Shown here piece by piece: positions 37,301 through 50,400 of a stretch of 64,000 nt of DNA. This stretch comes from Eutreptiella sp. 'Long Island Sound 2002' (taxonomy: Eukaryota; Protista; Euglenida). The first letter of the stretch is position 1, and each line of letters starts with the position of its first letter. The stretch lies in contig OZ038378.1 of NCBI GenBank assembly GCA_964036045.1, forward strand, positions 183,644,001 to 183,708,000, read 5' to 3'. A model generated the notes under the pieces. The model saw nothing but the letters and a program-made list of their open reading frames with translations, searched no databases and had not been told where the DNA came from. Made by a program: the position numbers and the translations under genes.

Positions 37301-40300
37301 AATGTCCGCAATCACGCATGAAATTTTGGAAGCATTGCAGCGCCCGGAGCTCCTGGAAGCTCTGGCTGCTGCCCTTGCGCCACTACTCAGTGGGCGGAGC
37401 TCGCCGAAGCCGAAGCCAACGGCATCTGTCGCTGCTGCTACTCCAGCTGCAACTACAAGGGAAGAGGAGCTCCTCGGCATTATCCGGGAACTGAGAGGCA
37501 CTGTCAAAGATTTGCGCGCGGCGCTGCAAGCGGCAGGAGGTACGCTCACACCCTCGAAAGCACAGGCCAATGCGGCCAAGGATGAAACCCCCTCATACCG
37601 GGAGGCGCTACAACGACGAATGAAAGCCCAAAGCAGGCTTGTCGTGCAGGATGTCCCAGACCTGGGGGAACCACTGCAGCCCACAGCGACTGCGGTGCAT
37701 GAGATTGAGGGCAAATACGGCTTCACTGCGGTCCAAGGGCGCCGCATCTACCAGGGAGAGCACAAGACCGCACTCAAATCGCTGCAACAGATAGGAGCAA
37801 ACAAGCCTGTCAATGATTGGAAAGTCACAGAGGCCACGGCGAAGGCCTTCGAACACGTCTTGCTTGTGGGACAGCCGCTGGCGGAAGCGCACGCGATAGC
37901 AACACAGGCTCTAATGAAATATGACAGCATCCAGAGCGTCAGCGCACACGTGCTAGCGACGAATTGCAGACGAGGAGTGGTCAATGTGCCAGGCATTCTG
38001 GCAGCGCTTGGCAGCTCACGGGAGTGCTTACATATCAAGGATTTCATTCTCAGTATCAAGGTCGTTACCAAACGTATGTCTTGGGAAGTCAAGAGGGACC
38101 CGGGTGTGACTGTGATCCCGCCTGAGCATTCCATTCTGCTTTGCTGGGAACGACCCAGGGACGGAGTTGAAGGAAAGGACACGGAGCCAGAGGTTCTACC
38201 TCAGGACAAAGCCGCAATTCGGATAGTGTGCTGCTTAGACCCTTCCGCACTGCGCGCGGGACAGGACAGCACCAAAGTCAAGGCATCCCGCTGGGCTGAA
38301 AACACGTGCTGGGAGCTGACAGCCCCCCTACTCCAGCCGGCTCTCACCAGTCCCCCACCCATGCAAGTGGGCAAGAGGGGTAGCAAGTATGAAGTCACGG
38401 TGGTGCTACCAGCGCCCATGGCTAAGCAGGTGCTCTGCAGCAGTGGCAAAATCGTCGGCCTGGAATACAGGTTGTTTATGAGCAAAACCGTCGATGTCGA
38501 TGACCTGAAGGCCAACATGGTCTGGGTCAAGCTCCCTCCATCCAACAAGCGCTCCATTTCGGAGCAGTGGCGCAGATTAAGCAAGCAGCCTTGGTTCGCA
38601 GGCCTCATGGCAGGGGACAAGGACGACAGACTCGGGGTACGAGTATGGGGGGGGGCTGTCTTGCCCGAAACCAGGGAGGAGATCGCAGGACTGTTGGGCA
38701 TACAACTCACCACCCCAATGACACGAGTGAGAGTGAGAGGCTATGGGATTTCTATGGGCCTTGTCTCAGGGTCGCAGTCTGCGGCCCAAAGGGAGGCTGA
38801 CCGCGTTTTCGGCGCCAACACTGTCAAAGTGCAACGATGTCAACACCTGAAACACAGTGGGCTGATCAACCCTGTGTTTGATATGGATATTACGGGAGTC
38901 CCCCCAGACTGGGAGGGCTGCACTGCACCGGCGAAAGATTCGCGGATGCCTGTCCGTAGGTGGCACCTATGTCTGCGTAAATCCACTGGCCCCTCATACA
39001 CCCCAGTGGGGAAAAACACGACGCTCCCTGCGATCCAGGGGTGTGTCTTGCCTGATGATGAAGAAATGGAGGACTCGCCTGCAGGAGCCCCTGCGGCAGA
39101 GGAGGATGAGAGCATTCTCTGAACCCCCCCCCCCCCTGGAAGATGGCACTGAGTCACAGGTCCTCTAAAATTCGTTCAGACAAACGTTACCTCTTTGCGC
39201 GTTCATCACGAGGACGTATTCAATTTTCAGGCAGATGTGATTGGAATGGAAGAAACCCGGCTCACTGAGGCTGGGCAACGCTGCATGAGGGCAATTGCAA
39301 AAGATTGGGGCTGGGAATGCCACTGGGGAAAACCCCTGGGCTCCCCAACGGGGGGCATCTGGGGAGCTCCCCAAGGAGGGGTGGGACTTTTGTTCAGGAA
39401 GGGCTGGAGTGTCCGCAAGGTTGAGCCAGATCCAGACGACCCGATTGCCTGCAGGCTGTGGCATTCGGGGCGCTGGCTACACACACGGGCAGGAATCGGT
39501 GCAGGGCACTGTGTGCTGAACATATTTGTAGCCTATGGCATACCAGGCAACGAATCTTTGAACCAGGAGTTCTGGGAGCAGGTGGTCTGCTATATGAGCA
39601 AACTAGGCAATGCCGGATGCATCCTGCTAACGGACGCAAATTTCAATTTCGACCTGCTGCACAAAGTTCCTGCCGCACTCCTGACGGCGCTGGCAGACGG
39701 CTGGCTGGTGGATGCCGACCGCACTTTTAGCGTTCTCCATGGCACGCCATGTGCATGTGGCTTCACGACAGCAGGCAAACCCCCCAACCGCATTGACGGC
39801 CTCCTGGTCACCCCAGCGCAAGCAGGCACGTTGACTGATGTCACAGCGCTGAAGTCTCATTCCCTCCCTGGGCATGCTCCAGTGTGCTTCACTTTCTCGC
39901 TTGACGCCCCAATGCAGAAAGTTGTTAAAATGAAGAAACTGCCTCCTTTCTCCCCCCCCCCCAGATCAGCTGAGGACACTCAGAAAATCTGTGACTCGCT
40001 GCTCCGGCCACACAAGGCAGGTTGGAATGCCCTGCTGCAACAAGGGAATGTCAATGACATTTGGAACAGGTGGACCTGGCTGGCCGAGGAAGTAGGCATG
40101 GCGCTCACATGCACGCATCTTACACTGGACACCCCCAGCCCCACACTCCCATTTGCACCCAAGAGTGCCCCACGGGGACGTGGCACGGAGCGAATGTTGC
40201 AGGACACTACGCTAGCTCCGACAGGCCTGGCGCCCAACGGCGGCCCACGCACGCGCATACTTTCCAAAATCACGGGGACCTTGGGAGCCCTTCGTTCGGT

Positions 40301-43300
40301 CATCCAGTGGCAACGTGCCCAGCTGGGCATCAGGGGCAAACGAGTCCCGGCATCCGCCAAACGCAAAGCCAGCCAGGTTTTCAGGCCAGGGGTGGTGCCC
40401 AGACAGGTGGAACTATCGTGGCAGGCCGCGTGCCGCCGCATGCGCAAAACGGCGCTGGCCTTTCGTGAGGACCTGCTGCTTCATGAATTTGTGGCCAGTG
40501 CCCCTGACCCCTCCCTCCCACTCATACGCCCCCTGCCAACGCTGGTAGACTGCATGTCGCTGTATGACAGCCTGTGCGCACTGGGGAAGAGATATGCCCG
40601 ATATGAAGAGCGCACGCGCATTGATAAATGGAAATCCAAAATGGACCAGGCCTGGCTGGACAGGCCAAAGGAGGTTTATCAGTGGATACAGAACGAGTAC
40701 CAACCTCCTCTGGTTATGCTCCTGGACCCAGACACAAGCCAACCAACGGCGAACATCCCCCGCATGGATGAAATTCTTCATGCCTCTTGGGACCAGGTTA
40801 TGCGAAAATATGCAGACACCCCAGAGCCAGACGTGCACGCTTTTGCACAGAAGTATGGTAAGTTTCTGATAAAGGGAGTGCAGATGCAGTCCACCCCTAT
40901 CACAGGGTCCCGGCTCGCGCAACGCCTTAGAAAAATGGGTGTTCACACAGCCACCGGCCTGGATGGCTGGTGTGTTTCGGACCTACTACTGCTGCCCACC
41001 TGTCTGCTGGACATGCTGTCAGAAATTCTGTTTCTAGTTGAGGCAACAGGAACCTGGCCCAGGGTCCTGGCGAGGGGATACGTCTCGCTGATCCCGAAAG
41101 GGGAAGGGATGATGCCGATGCAGCAACGCCCACTGTCCGTACTGTCCCAGATCTATAGGGTCTGGGCAGGGATCAGGTTAGAAGAGTGCATGGTGTGGCA
41201 GGAACTGTGGATCCACCCGCACGCTTACGGTTTTCGCAAGAAGCGCGGCGCCACTGATGCGGCCGCCTTTATCTCCATGCTCATTGAGCTACACAAACTG
41301 ATGAAAGCAGTTCTGCATGGTTTTGGATTAGACTACATAAAATGCTTCGATTTAATCCCACAATCCATTGTACTGCATATTGCACTGACGCAGGGGATGG
41401 ATTTGGGCACACACAGGGCCCTCTCTGGCATGTATCGCACTCTCACAAGGTGCTTTAAAATAATGGGGTGTTTGGCCAGTTTTTTCGATGCCACCAATGG
41501 CATCCTCCAGGGCTGCCCATTGAGTGTGATACTCATCAATCTCCTGACCTCGGTCTGGAAGCGGGTGCTGGATGCACAGCAACAGGGCATCAAAGTCGCA
41601 GTACAGGCCCTCCCCCCCAGCGATCAGCCAGCGCAGGCCCTGCACTTCATCCTAACTGCCCTTGGGTATGCGGATGACACTTATGGGTTTGCAGCCGGAA
41701 GCAATACCCTCACCCCCCTGCTAGACTGCACCACTGACTGGCTTGAGGACACGGGTCAAGGGGTGAACGCGAAGAAATCTGTCGGTTTTTCGTCAGACGC
41801 CCGTCACCTAGTGAAGGCGGCATTACAGGGGGTGCCCTTCCCTATCTCTTCTGAGTTTAAGTCCCTGGGCGCGGGGGTCCGCACCACGGACGCGACTTGT
41901 TCGGGACCGCTCATCAAGAAAAGGATTTCCAGAGCCTGCAGCCTCCTGGATAGGGTGCATGGCGCTCAGGGCAATTTTGAAAGGAGATGCGACATCATCT
42001 CCACAATGATCACGGCCACTGGCCTGCACGCAGCAGAAATAGTGCCACTTCAGCCCAGAGACCTCCTGCCCTTCGAGACTAAGGTCATGCAGACCATTTG
42101 GGGACGGTCACGGCCCGGTAGGGCCAAAGAAATTTTTTTCACCTTGCTGTGCAAAGGGCACCGGATTGCACCCACCCTGGTACTTAAGTATCATCGCATC
42201 CTGTGGCTATCCCAGCTGTGTCGCACCAGGGGTGCTGGACAGATCACAGCCCAGGCCATTTGGGAGATGACATCATTTCACAAAGGCTCCGGCCCATACG
42301 GCCGGGCCATGTCCACAGCACAGGAGTGTGGCTGGGTTGCTACGCAGGGATGGTGGGGATGGAAAGTGCCTGGGCGCAAGGAACCCCTCCTCCTATACGG
42401 GGATAAAAACACTGTCAAGCACGAGGTACGTGAGCAGCTGCGCTCGCAAATGCTGGACAGCCTGGTTCAGAGGCGTCCCCGCCTGTTCGCGGGGGCTCAT
42501 TACACCACATGCCGGCGCCTGGTCCAGCCCAGCATAGCGTCATTTGCCACAGAGCTACAGCGCTCTCTCCTGCGGGGCATCCTATCAGGAGCAACCTGGA
42601 CAGCCCTCCGGGCCTATCAACGTGGCATGCGAGCCACATCCACGTGCCCGTACTGCGGCAATGCTCCGGAAAACGAGGAGCACATTTTTTGGCAGTGTTC
42701 AGCCTGGAGCACGGTGCGGGACGCCCACCTGCCGGGCATCAGGACGGCGGCAGCACAGATCACAGGCCTTCCCCTCATGGACCAGTGGCCCTCATGTTTA
42801 CGACTTTGTGGGTTAGCCCCAGAGTTAGACACAGACAGCGTCAAGTCAGGGACAGCGCTCGCATTCATGACAGCTCTGCACAATATGTTAGTAGCCGTCT
42901 TGCAGGCCCGCAAGTTACGAGACACACAATCCCCCATGCTTTTCATGGGGTCGAACCTCTCACAGCAGCTTCGGCAATACCCGTACCACCAACTGGTGGG
43001 ACCCCTCCCCAGACCGGAAGACAAAGGGTTACTTCTTTTGCGTACCCCTAAGAAGGTGGAATGGCAGTGGGAAATGCCCTTTTTGGCGGACCTGCTGCGC
43101 TGGCTGAGGGAACTGCACTGGGCCCCTGAACCAGGCACGGTGACGTTCTTGGAACTTGCACTGGACTTTGAGGAATTTGCGCAACGCACCCTCCCACACG
43201 CTCCACAGGCAAAATTTAAGGGCACCACCCTTTCGCTGCAAGAGAGAGGCCGGGTCTTACGACTGGCAATGGCAAATGCGCAGCGCCTGGTCACCAAAGG

Positions 43301-44395
43301 CCATTTGCATCAGGCGCGTGTGGTCACACGCTGCAGCTCTTTAGTTCCTTTGGGGGGGCCGGCACTCTGCGGCCTGAACTGCCGCCCTTATTTCACTTGC
43401 CGCAGTGCCATGAACATGCACGTTCAGCAGTTAGCGGCATACTGTGAGCGCACATGGGCCACCAAGGTTGGTCTCAACAGGATACACAAACTGCGCCCGC
43501 ACACACACAGGCCACGCAGAACAGCGCAGGAAGTGGAGGAGCATCGGCTACAGCGTGCACTCCAGGGGAATCTGCAGTTGGGGCTGGCCCCGCCCTCGGA
43601 GCAGACCACTTTTGCCAAAGGGGGGGGGGGGCTGCTCCTCCTTTGCAGCTGATTTCTTCCCTGTGATAGGGGATGGGAAGCTCCCACAGCGCCCCTACAC
43701 CGGGACACGCAGGCGCGCAAACACACACAGGGGGCCACCACCGGCGCCGCCGGCTGATCCGTCAAAGTGTGCCCAGCACTCGGCTGACGCATGCACGACC
43801 TGCAAGAGATTTCGGCGCACAGCTGAAGCGTGCTGTGCGCTGGGACATCACGCTGATGACCACATAGCACGCAGACCGCAACTGCAACTGTGCCCACTGC
43901 ATGGCCTGCCACCGTGCCCGAGGTGCACACTCAAGCAAAGGGGAGTGCGCCACTGCTGTCAGCGGGGACACCATAAAGTGTGCACCCCAGTGCCTGCGCG
44001 CCGGAAACGCCCACTTGCTGCACATGCACAACTGCCCAACAAACGACCACGCCTGCAAGGGCCTGCACGTATCTCAACGGGTCTGCTGAGGTCCCCACAC
44101 CAACCCCCCACCCCTCCAGCCCCCAAGCGCAGGAGGCCGAAAACACCCCCCCCTCCGTCCCCACCTGCCCCAGTTCCACGGGGGCTGGAGGAGACCGTGG
44201 CCGAGGATGTCGCCCGCCCGCTTTTCGTGACGAGGCACGGGAGAGCAAACACTCTGGATACTTAGCCAGTAAAATACAGAGGTTCTGATTCCGCAGAAGG
44301 GAGGGAAACAACGTCGCAAAGAGGCCTCAGCAGACCTGAGCCAAATGGGGCGTCCAGCCCAACGCTGCACAAGGATCCACCTCTAAAAGTACAGA

Positions 44396-44453
<58 letters not shown>

Positions 44454-47400
44454 ACACCTCCAGTTTGTATGTAAGTGGGGATGCCAAGACAAAACATTGT
44501 GTTCCGCTTGTTTCATTCATGAGCACTATCCTCCTGTTTGCCTGCCCCTGCCGTGCCATATGCCCGCGTCCAGGTCCATTGTGTATGGTGGGCGCTGAAT
44601 GACGCAGTACGAAAGCCCACAGAAAAGGGCAGTCCAAGGAGCGGTGCTGGCTTATACGTTAGGCCATGAGCGCCCATGAGGAGACCTTTTTGGGAAAAGA
44701 TCGCACATGACACATCCTCAAAGTGATCCGCGCGGCGTGGGGGATCATTTGGAGGGGGTCTGTGTCGGGGTATCAGGGATCCCCAGGGCTCCTTTTAACA
44801 ACTCAGCACCATTGGGGGGTCCCCCCCCCCCCTGAACCCCCCCCCCCAAGTGATTCGGCCAAATTAATCTCCGGGCCGACCAATCAAAATTTTTCTTCGA
44901 GGCCTTTGGCGCTTCTCAAAACTCAGCACGGGTGGGTGGGGGGAGGGGGGTCCCCCCTCCCTGACCCTCTTGGGGTGGCCGTTGTTGGTCCGCCAAATTT
45001 GGTAATTCGCACTTTCCCATCCAGACGCCCGGGGGAGGGGGGGATGAACCGAACCATAAAGGTCTGGAACAATGGACCGGCCAAGCAGCGGCGGGTGGTC
45101 CCCGCCCCCGGGGCGGGGGGTGGCAGCCAATCGGCCTCAAAAATTGGAGAGTGTGGGGAGGGGCTGGAGGGGGCAAAGGTCCAATTGGCAGGGACCATTA
45201 TTCTGGTTGCCTCCAAAGGCCCGAGAAGGAAAATTGTGTCCAGTGTAGCCTCCCACGGACATGCGCAGGACCTGTGCAGGTTATCACGCGTTGCTCGCAC
45301 CGGGTTGGCTTTTGGGGGTCCGCCATTGTTGTGGTCAGGGCTGGGGTCTCGCTAGGGGGCTCCAGTGACCCCCTCCCATCGGAGTGGAAAGCCCGCCCTG
45401 TCCAGTGTGCTGCACCCAGTCGATGTTTCTCGGGGAAACCCCCCCAGCCTTCCCCCATACCGTGCAAACTTTAAAGATTTGCGGAAATATTTAATTCTGT
45501 CGGCAACGTGTCTTTATATGAAAAAAAACAAATTCAAAAAATGAATTAATTTTTTAGGGCCAGGCGTTGGAAACAATAAAAGGGTGCGCAAAAGTGCGCA
45601 AAAATTAATTAATTTTGTGTGCGGATGTCCCTGTATTCCTCTTCTTTTGCAGACACAATGCTCAGTTTGCAATCATTTTTTCAAGTTATCCCCCATGAAA
45701 CTGCTGTGGCCCGCTTTGCAGCTGAAGGCCACAGGGCAGAAATCTCTGATTTTTGTCGTGGGATTGTCCGTGGTCCGGCTTTCCGTCCCCCGTGACAGGC
45801 TGGCATTTATTTAGTGTCTCATTATATTGATGGTCACATATGGGGAAAACCAACAGTGCATGTGAGTCCCAGTTTCTGTGTCCCGGAAGGTCAGATTTTG
45901 TGCATGTGTTTTCCACGTTGCGGTGTAGAAATTGGGACCCTGAAACTGGTGACAAGCATCAGACCAAATTTAGAAATTCCCGGCATGGCGGCAGGGGCTG
46001 GTAGGTGCAGAAATTGGGACCCTGGGACCAGGGACAAGCAGCATCATCATACCAGAGCGCCTTGAAAAGCATCCATTCACGAAGAGCATAATCATTTGTA
46101 CGAAAGAATTTGGTTGCGCAAGATGCGCAAAAAAAATGCAAAAAAAGAAATAATTTTTGGGTCAAATAGCTACGCAAAAATTGAAATTTGTAAAAAAAAA
46201 TTCGCAAAAATAAATTAATTTTTCCGAATTCTGGCTGTATGCGCAAAATTTTGCAAAAAAAAAAAATTCAAATCGGCCTGCGCAAAAATTAGGGTTCCGC
46301 GAAATTCAAAAGTTTGCACGGTATATCTGGGCAGATGCGGGCGCCCGGGTCTTCGGGGGGAGCCTGGAACCCCCATTAGTCGGCACGCCGAGGACTGTGC
46401 AGGCCGCCCGCTGTCCGCGTCGGGCCTCAGTTTCTGTGGCACTGGTGCGGAAAAGGGCTCACGTTCCGGCAGGCCTGTTGCCCTCTTTCCTGTGGTCGGA
46501 GGTGAGGAGGGCCCGTAGGGGCGCACACGGGCGTGCCAAGCCACGTGCGTGTGAATACCGCATGAGGGCAAGGCAGGGAGATCAGCTCCAGGCTATTGTA
46601 AAAGGAGAACCCCCCCGCGCGGGTGGGTGGGTTGGGTGGGTCAGAGGCAAAAAAAAGGTTTGTGTACCGAAAGCCGGCCTCAAATTTCCGGCCCCTTTGA
46701 TAAATTTCACTTTTTGCCGAAGGAAAGTATTTCTGATGCGGGTGGGTGGATGGGTCGGCCGGGCTGGCCAGGGCCCCAAACAACCCCCCCATCCCCCGGG
46801 GTCCTTAAGCAATAGCCTGACGGGCTCACGCACCCGGTGTTCCGCAGGGGTGGCCGTTCCAGCGGTGGCGCGCACCACGAATTTGGTGGAGGACTTGGGC
46901 CGTGTGGAGCATGTGTTCTCTGACAAGACCGGCACTTTGACGCAAAACCGCATGGATTTTCTCAAGTGCGTGATCGGCGGTGAACGGTGCCTCCTCCCCC
47001 ACATTCCCGTCCCTCCTCCACACAGCCTTGGCCGCGGAGGCAGAGGCAAAGGCAAAAGCAGAGGGACAGGCAGACGCAGACCTCAGCGTTTGTCCAGAGG
47101 GTTGTGTGATGCCAATCCGCACAGACAAAGTCTGTGCACCTCTTCCCTCTCTCTTAGTGGTGGAGATAGAGTGTATCCTAACAATCGTAATTGCGGTGTC
47201 CGACAATACCCCAAGCTCAACCATCCGCACTAGCCGCCGTGGTGGTGAGTGTCGGTGAGTGGCAAAAATTCCCATTTTTCCGTCGGTGACTGCGGTGAGT
47301 TGACTTCTTATCAAGGGTACTGTGGAGAAGGCCTACAACCCCCCCGGAAAAATGGGGGAAATGGGACTGTGAAAACGGGGTATTCCGTCCCATTTTTCTC

Positions 47401-50400
47401 TCAAATCCCCCTGTTTCTCCCTTTTTTCTCTGATTTCCCCCATTTTTCTCCTACTCTGGAAGTTGTTCCTACATTTTCCATCTTGATTTGTTTCTCCCCA
47501 TTTCCCCCCATTTTCCCCATTTTCCCCATTTTTCCAGATTCCAAAAACCTGGTTAGGTGAGCGCGGATGCTTGCAAACTCCCGAAGTGTGTATCGCATGT
47601 GTATCCCCATTTTTCTTCATTTGTAGTCCTATGTGCTCAGTTCCCCAGTCCTTCGTTCCCTTGCGGCTCTTCCCCAGACACGATGAAGCAATTTGCTTTG
47701 AAACCGCATCTTACAGCTCCCGCTGCAAAGGGACCGGGCATGTTAATATAGCATGGATGGCCAGGATCTCATTCTTTTTTTCATGTATCCTCCAAAATTC
47801 CAAAGTGTGTATCTTGTGTGTGTCCCAAAAACAAAAAGTATGTATCCCGTGATGTTCGTGCTACGCACTATCTCCACCTCTGCTCTCTCTGCGGCGCCGC
47901 TCCCCCTGTCCCTTCTCCCGCTGCCTGTGCCTCTCCTCAAAGCGCCCCTCCCTTTCGCTCTCCCCACATTGCCTCACAACCCCGTCCACAGGTACGGCAT
48001 CGGTGTCACGGAGGTTCAGAAGGCGGATGCGGTCAGACTGCACGGGAAAGAGCCAACCGTCCGCTACCCTCTTTCCTTCCGCCCAAGGCCTGGCAACAAG
48101 TTCTATGACTCTCGGATCTACGATGGGCAGTGGAAGTACGCCCCCGACGCCAAGCTCATCCGGCGGTTCTTCACGCATTTGGCACTGTGCCACACCGTGA
48201 CCACGAAGAGCGTCGCGAAGGAGGTCATGAACGCCAATTTGGAGTGGGATGGCAAAGTGTCTGAGATCCAAGTGTGTGCTTGTTGGGGTCTGCAAGTCCC
48301 TGTGTGCCTCCTTGTGCTGTGCGCCCCTTGTCGCTCTGTGCAGAGGCCGATATGCACGACACCCTTTCTTCCTGGTACAGACCGGCCTTTAACTCCACCC
48401 TGATTCGTGCCGAGCGCTGTCGGTTATCCTTCAACCGCAGGGTTCCGCGTACGGTACAAATTTCAAGAATCTTAAGGCTAGTTAATTCAAAGGGTGCTGT
48501 GCGTCGGAACTTTGGAGAACTAAAAAATGAAATTAATTGTAGCCCAATCATCGTACAAGGACGCAAAAACCTATTGAATCGCAAAAAAAAAAACGAATTC
48601 TGGGCCGTTTTGTTTGTACGCTCAAGAGTCACAGCAACTACAGTCACATCATTTCAGTCAACAAAATGACACATGCTGACCATTGACAAACAACGCTCTC
48701 ATCTGCTCTGTCTGCACAGGACTTGAAATCACTCATTTGTCCAACGTGTGCATCGTACCAAGGCCTCTTCATGCTGTTGCTATTGCTCTTGGGCTGTGGT
48801 AGTACAAATGCAGAAGGTACCAAGCATTGTCTGCAAGCACTGTGAACGCACCAGGAATGAACAGCAACCAGCCAGGAAGTCCGTGCACACAAAAGCCAAA
48901 ACAATCGCAAAAAAAAAAATCTCAGACCTGCTGTTGTCATCTTTCCAAGTTTTGGGTGCGCAAGTACAAGAAAATCGCAAAAAAAGATAATTTCTCAGGA
49001 AGACTCGGACCAAAAATGACAATTCCGCGCTTTCTTACAATTTGTGCAGCAACAGACGCCAGAGCTTTTGGTGCTGCGGTTGCCGCCCTGGGCTCCTGGG
49101 GCCGTGGCCTGCCTCTGAATGGTGCTGTATCAGGGTGCTTCGTAGGGAGTCTTTTTGTTTGCGGACCCCCCCCCCGCCTGGAGTGCAGATGGAGCTGCAT
49201 GACGCTATGGTAGTGATCCTGGTACTGCCAGGCATGCGGCTGAACGCGACAGTAACAATGCCCATGGGGCTGGTACTGAGGAAGCACGGATTGTTAAATG
49301 GGGGACATGGCGATCGTGCCCAGCGGCGCGGAGGAGCTGGCCCAATTGGCAAGGAAAATCACAGAAGAGACCAAGATGGTCCGAATCCTGGCAGCAGGTA
49401 GCCTGCTCACGGCCCAGCTCACATCCCGGTATGACTCCCTGCCATAAGACATGGTGCAGCAAACTGTCAGGGGGCCAGAGGTGGTGTATGTAACGGTGGC
49501 TCAGGGGCACTTGGAGGTGGTACAAAGACGGGGAGTCGTGAGGCAGTGTCCCTGTGCGTATTCAGGGGTGTGATGGTGCTGAACGGCGCCGATGAAGTGT
49601 GACGAAGCCCGCACCACGCAGCAGAGCAAGTACAGGCACATTCCATAGAATGGGAGTTTAGGCAAAGAAGCCAATTCACCCCCAATTACCCACAATTATC
49701 CCCCAAATGACCCACAACGACCCCTGAATGATTCCCCAATGACCTCCCAGTGGCGCCCATTGATCACGCACAACAGAAATTTACCCCATAACAATAACGA
49801 AAAAATTTTCCATACCTTTTCTAGCCGTGTGTTATGCTACAGGGCCCTGAGACCACATCATGCCTTGCCCCCCCCCCCCATCCCCCGGAGGTAGTTACAG
49901 TGGAGGTGTAAGTGAAGGGCCCGTAAAGCCACGCAACAGCACGGTGTTGGGTGTAGAGTGCAGACCAGCGCCCCAGGAGGTGCAGGTCTAGAGCCAGCCC
50001 ACAGGGCCAAGAGCGAGGCCTCAGGGTGATGGAGCGGGCAGCCCAGGAGACCAAAACCAGAGCCCAATGAGTAGGGGTCGGAGTCCGTGGTCCGCATCTG
50101 GAATGGATGCAGGAGAACGCTGCGATGTCAAGAGGGATTTCGTCTGCGCAGTTGTGCATGCTCTCGTGGTGCGTGGTGGGTGCCCACGGGGAAGGGGGCA
50201 GCCGCCCTGTACCCGGCATCCAACGGCATTCTCCGGATCCAGGTCCAGGGAGCAGGGGAGGGTTGGGTTGGGTTGGGTCACAGCTTGTGCCAAAGGCGGT
50301 GTCCCCCGGCCTGTGTGACTTTCCCTCACCTGTGCGACTGGGTCCCAACCTCCGGTTGTCTGGTCTCACAGCCGCTCAGACTGCTGACGATCCCCGAACC

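Larger units (their letters stand above)
37157..44396 (+). mobile_element. LINE-B: full-length non-LTR retrotransposon (ORF1 + APE-RT-CCHC ORF2) between two (CA)n tracts in ATPase intron 6
   Basis: (CA)n at 37119-37156 and 44397-44457 bound the element; two long ORFs with LINE domain order; no RNase H motif seen. Confidence 0.88.

Noticed and set aside
39140-39164. Possible 2A-like (NPGP) peptide before the LINE-B endonuclease
   Set aside because: Only the terminal GP matches; restoring D(V/I)ExNPGP would need several changes.
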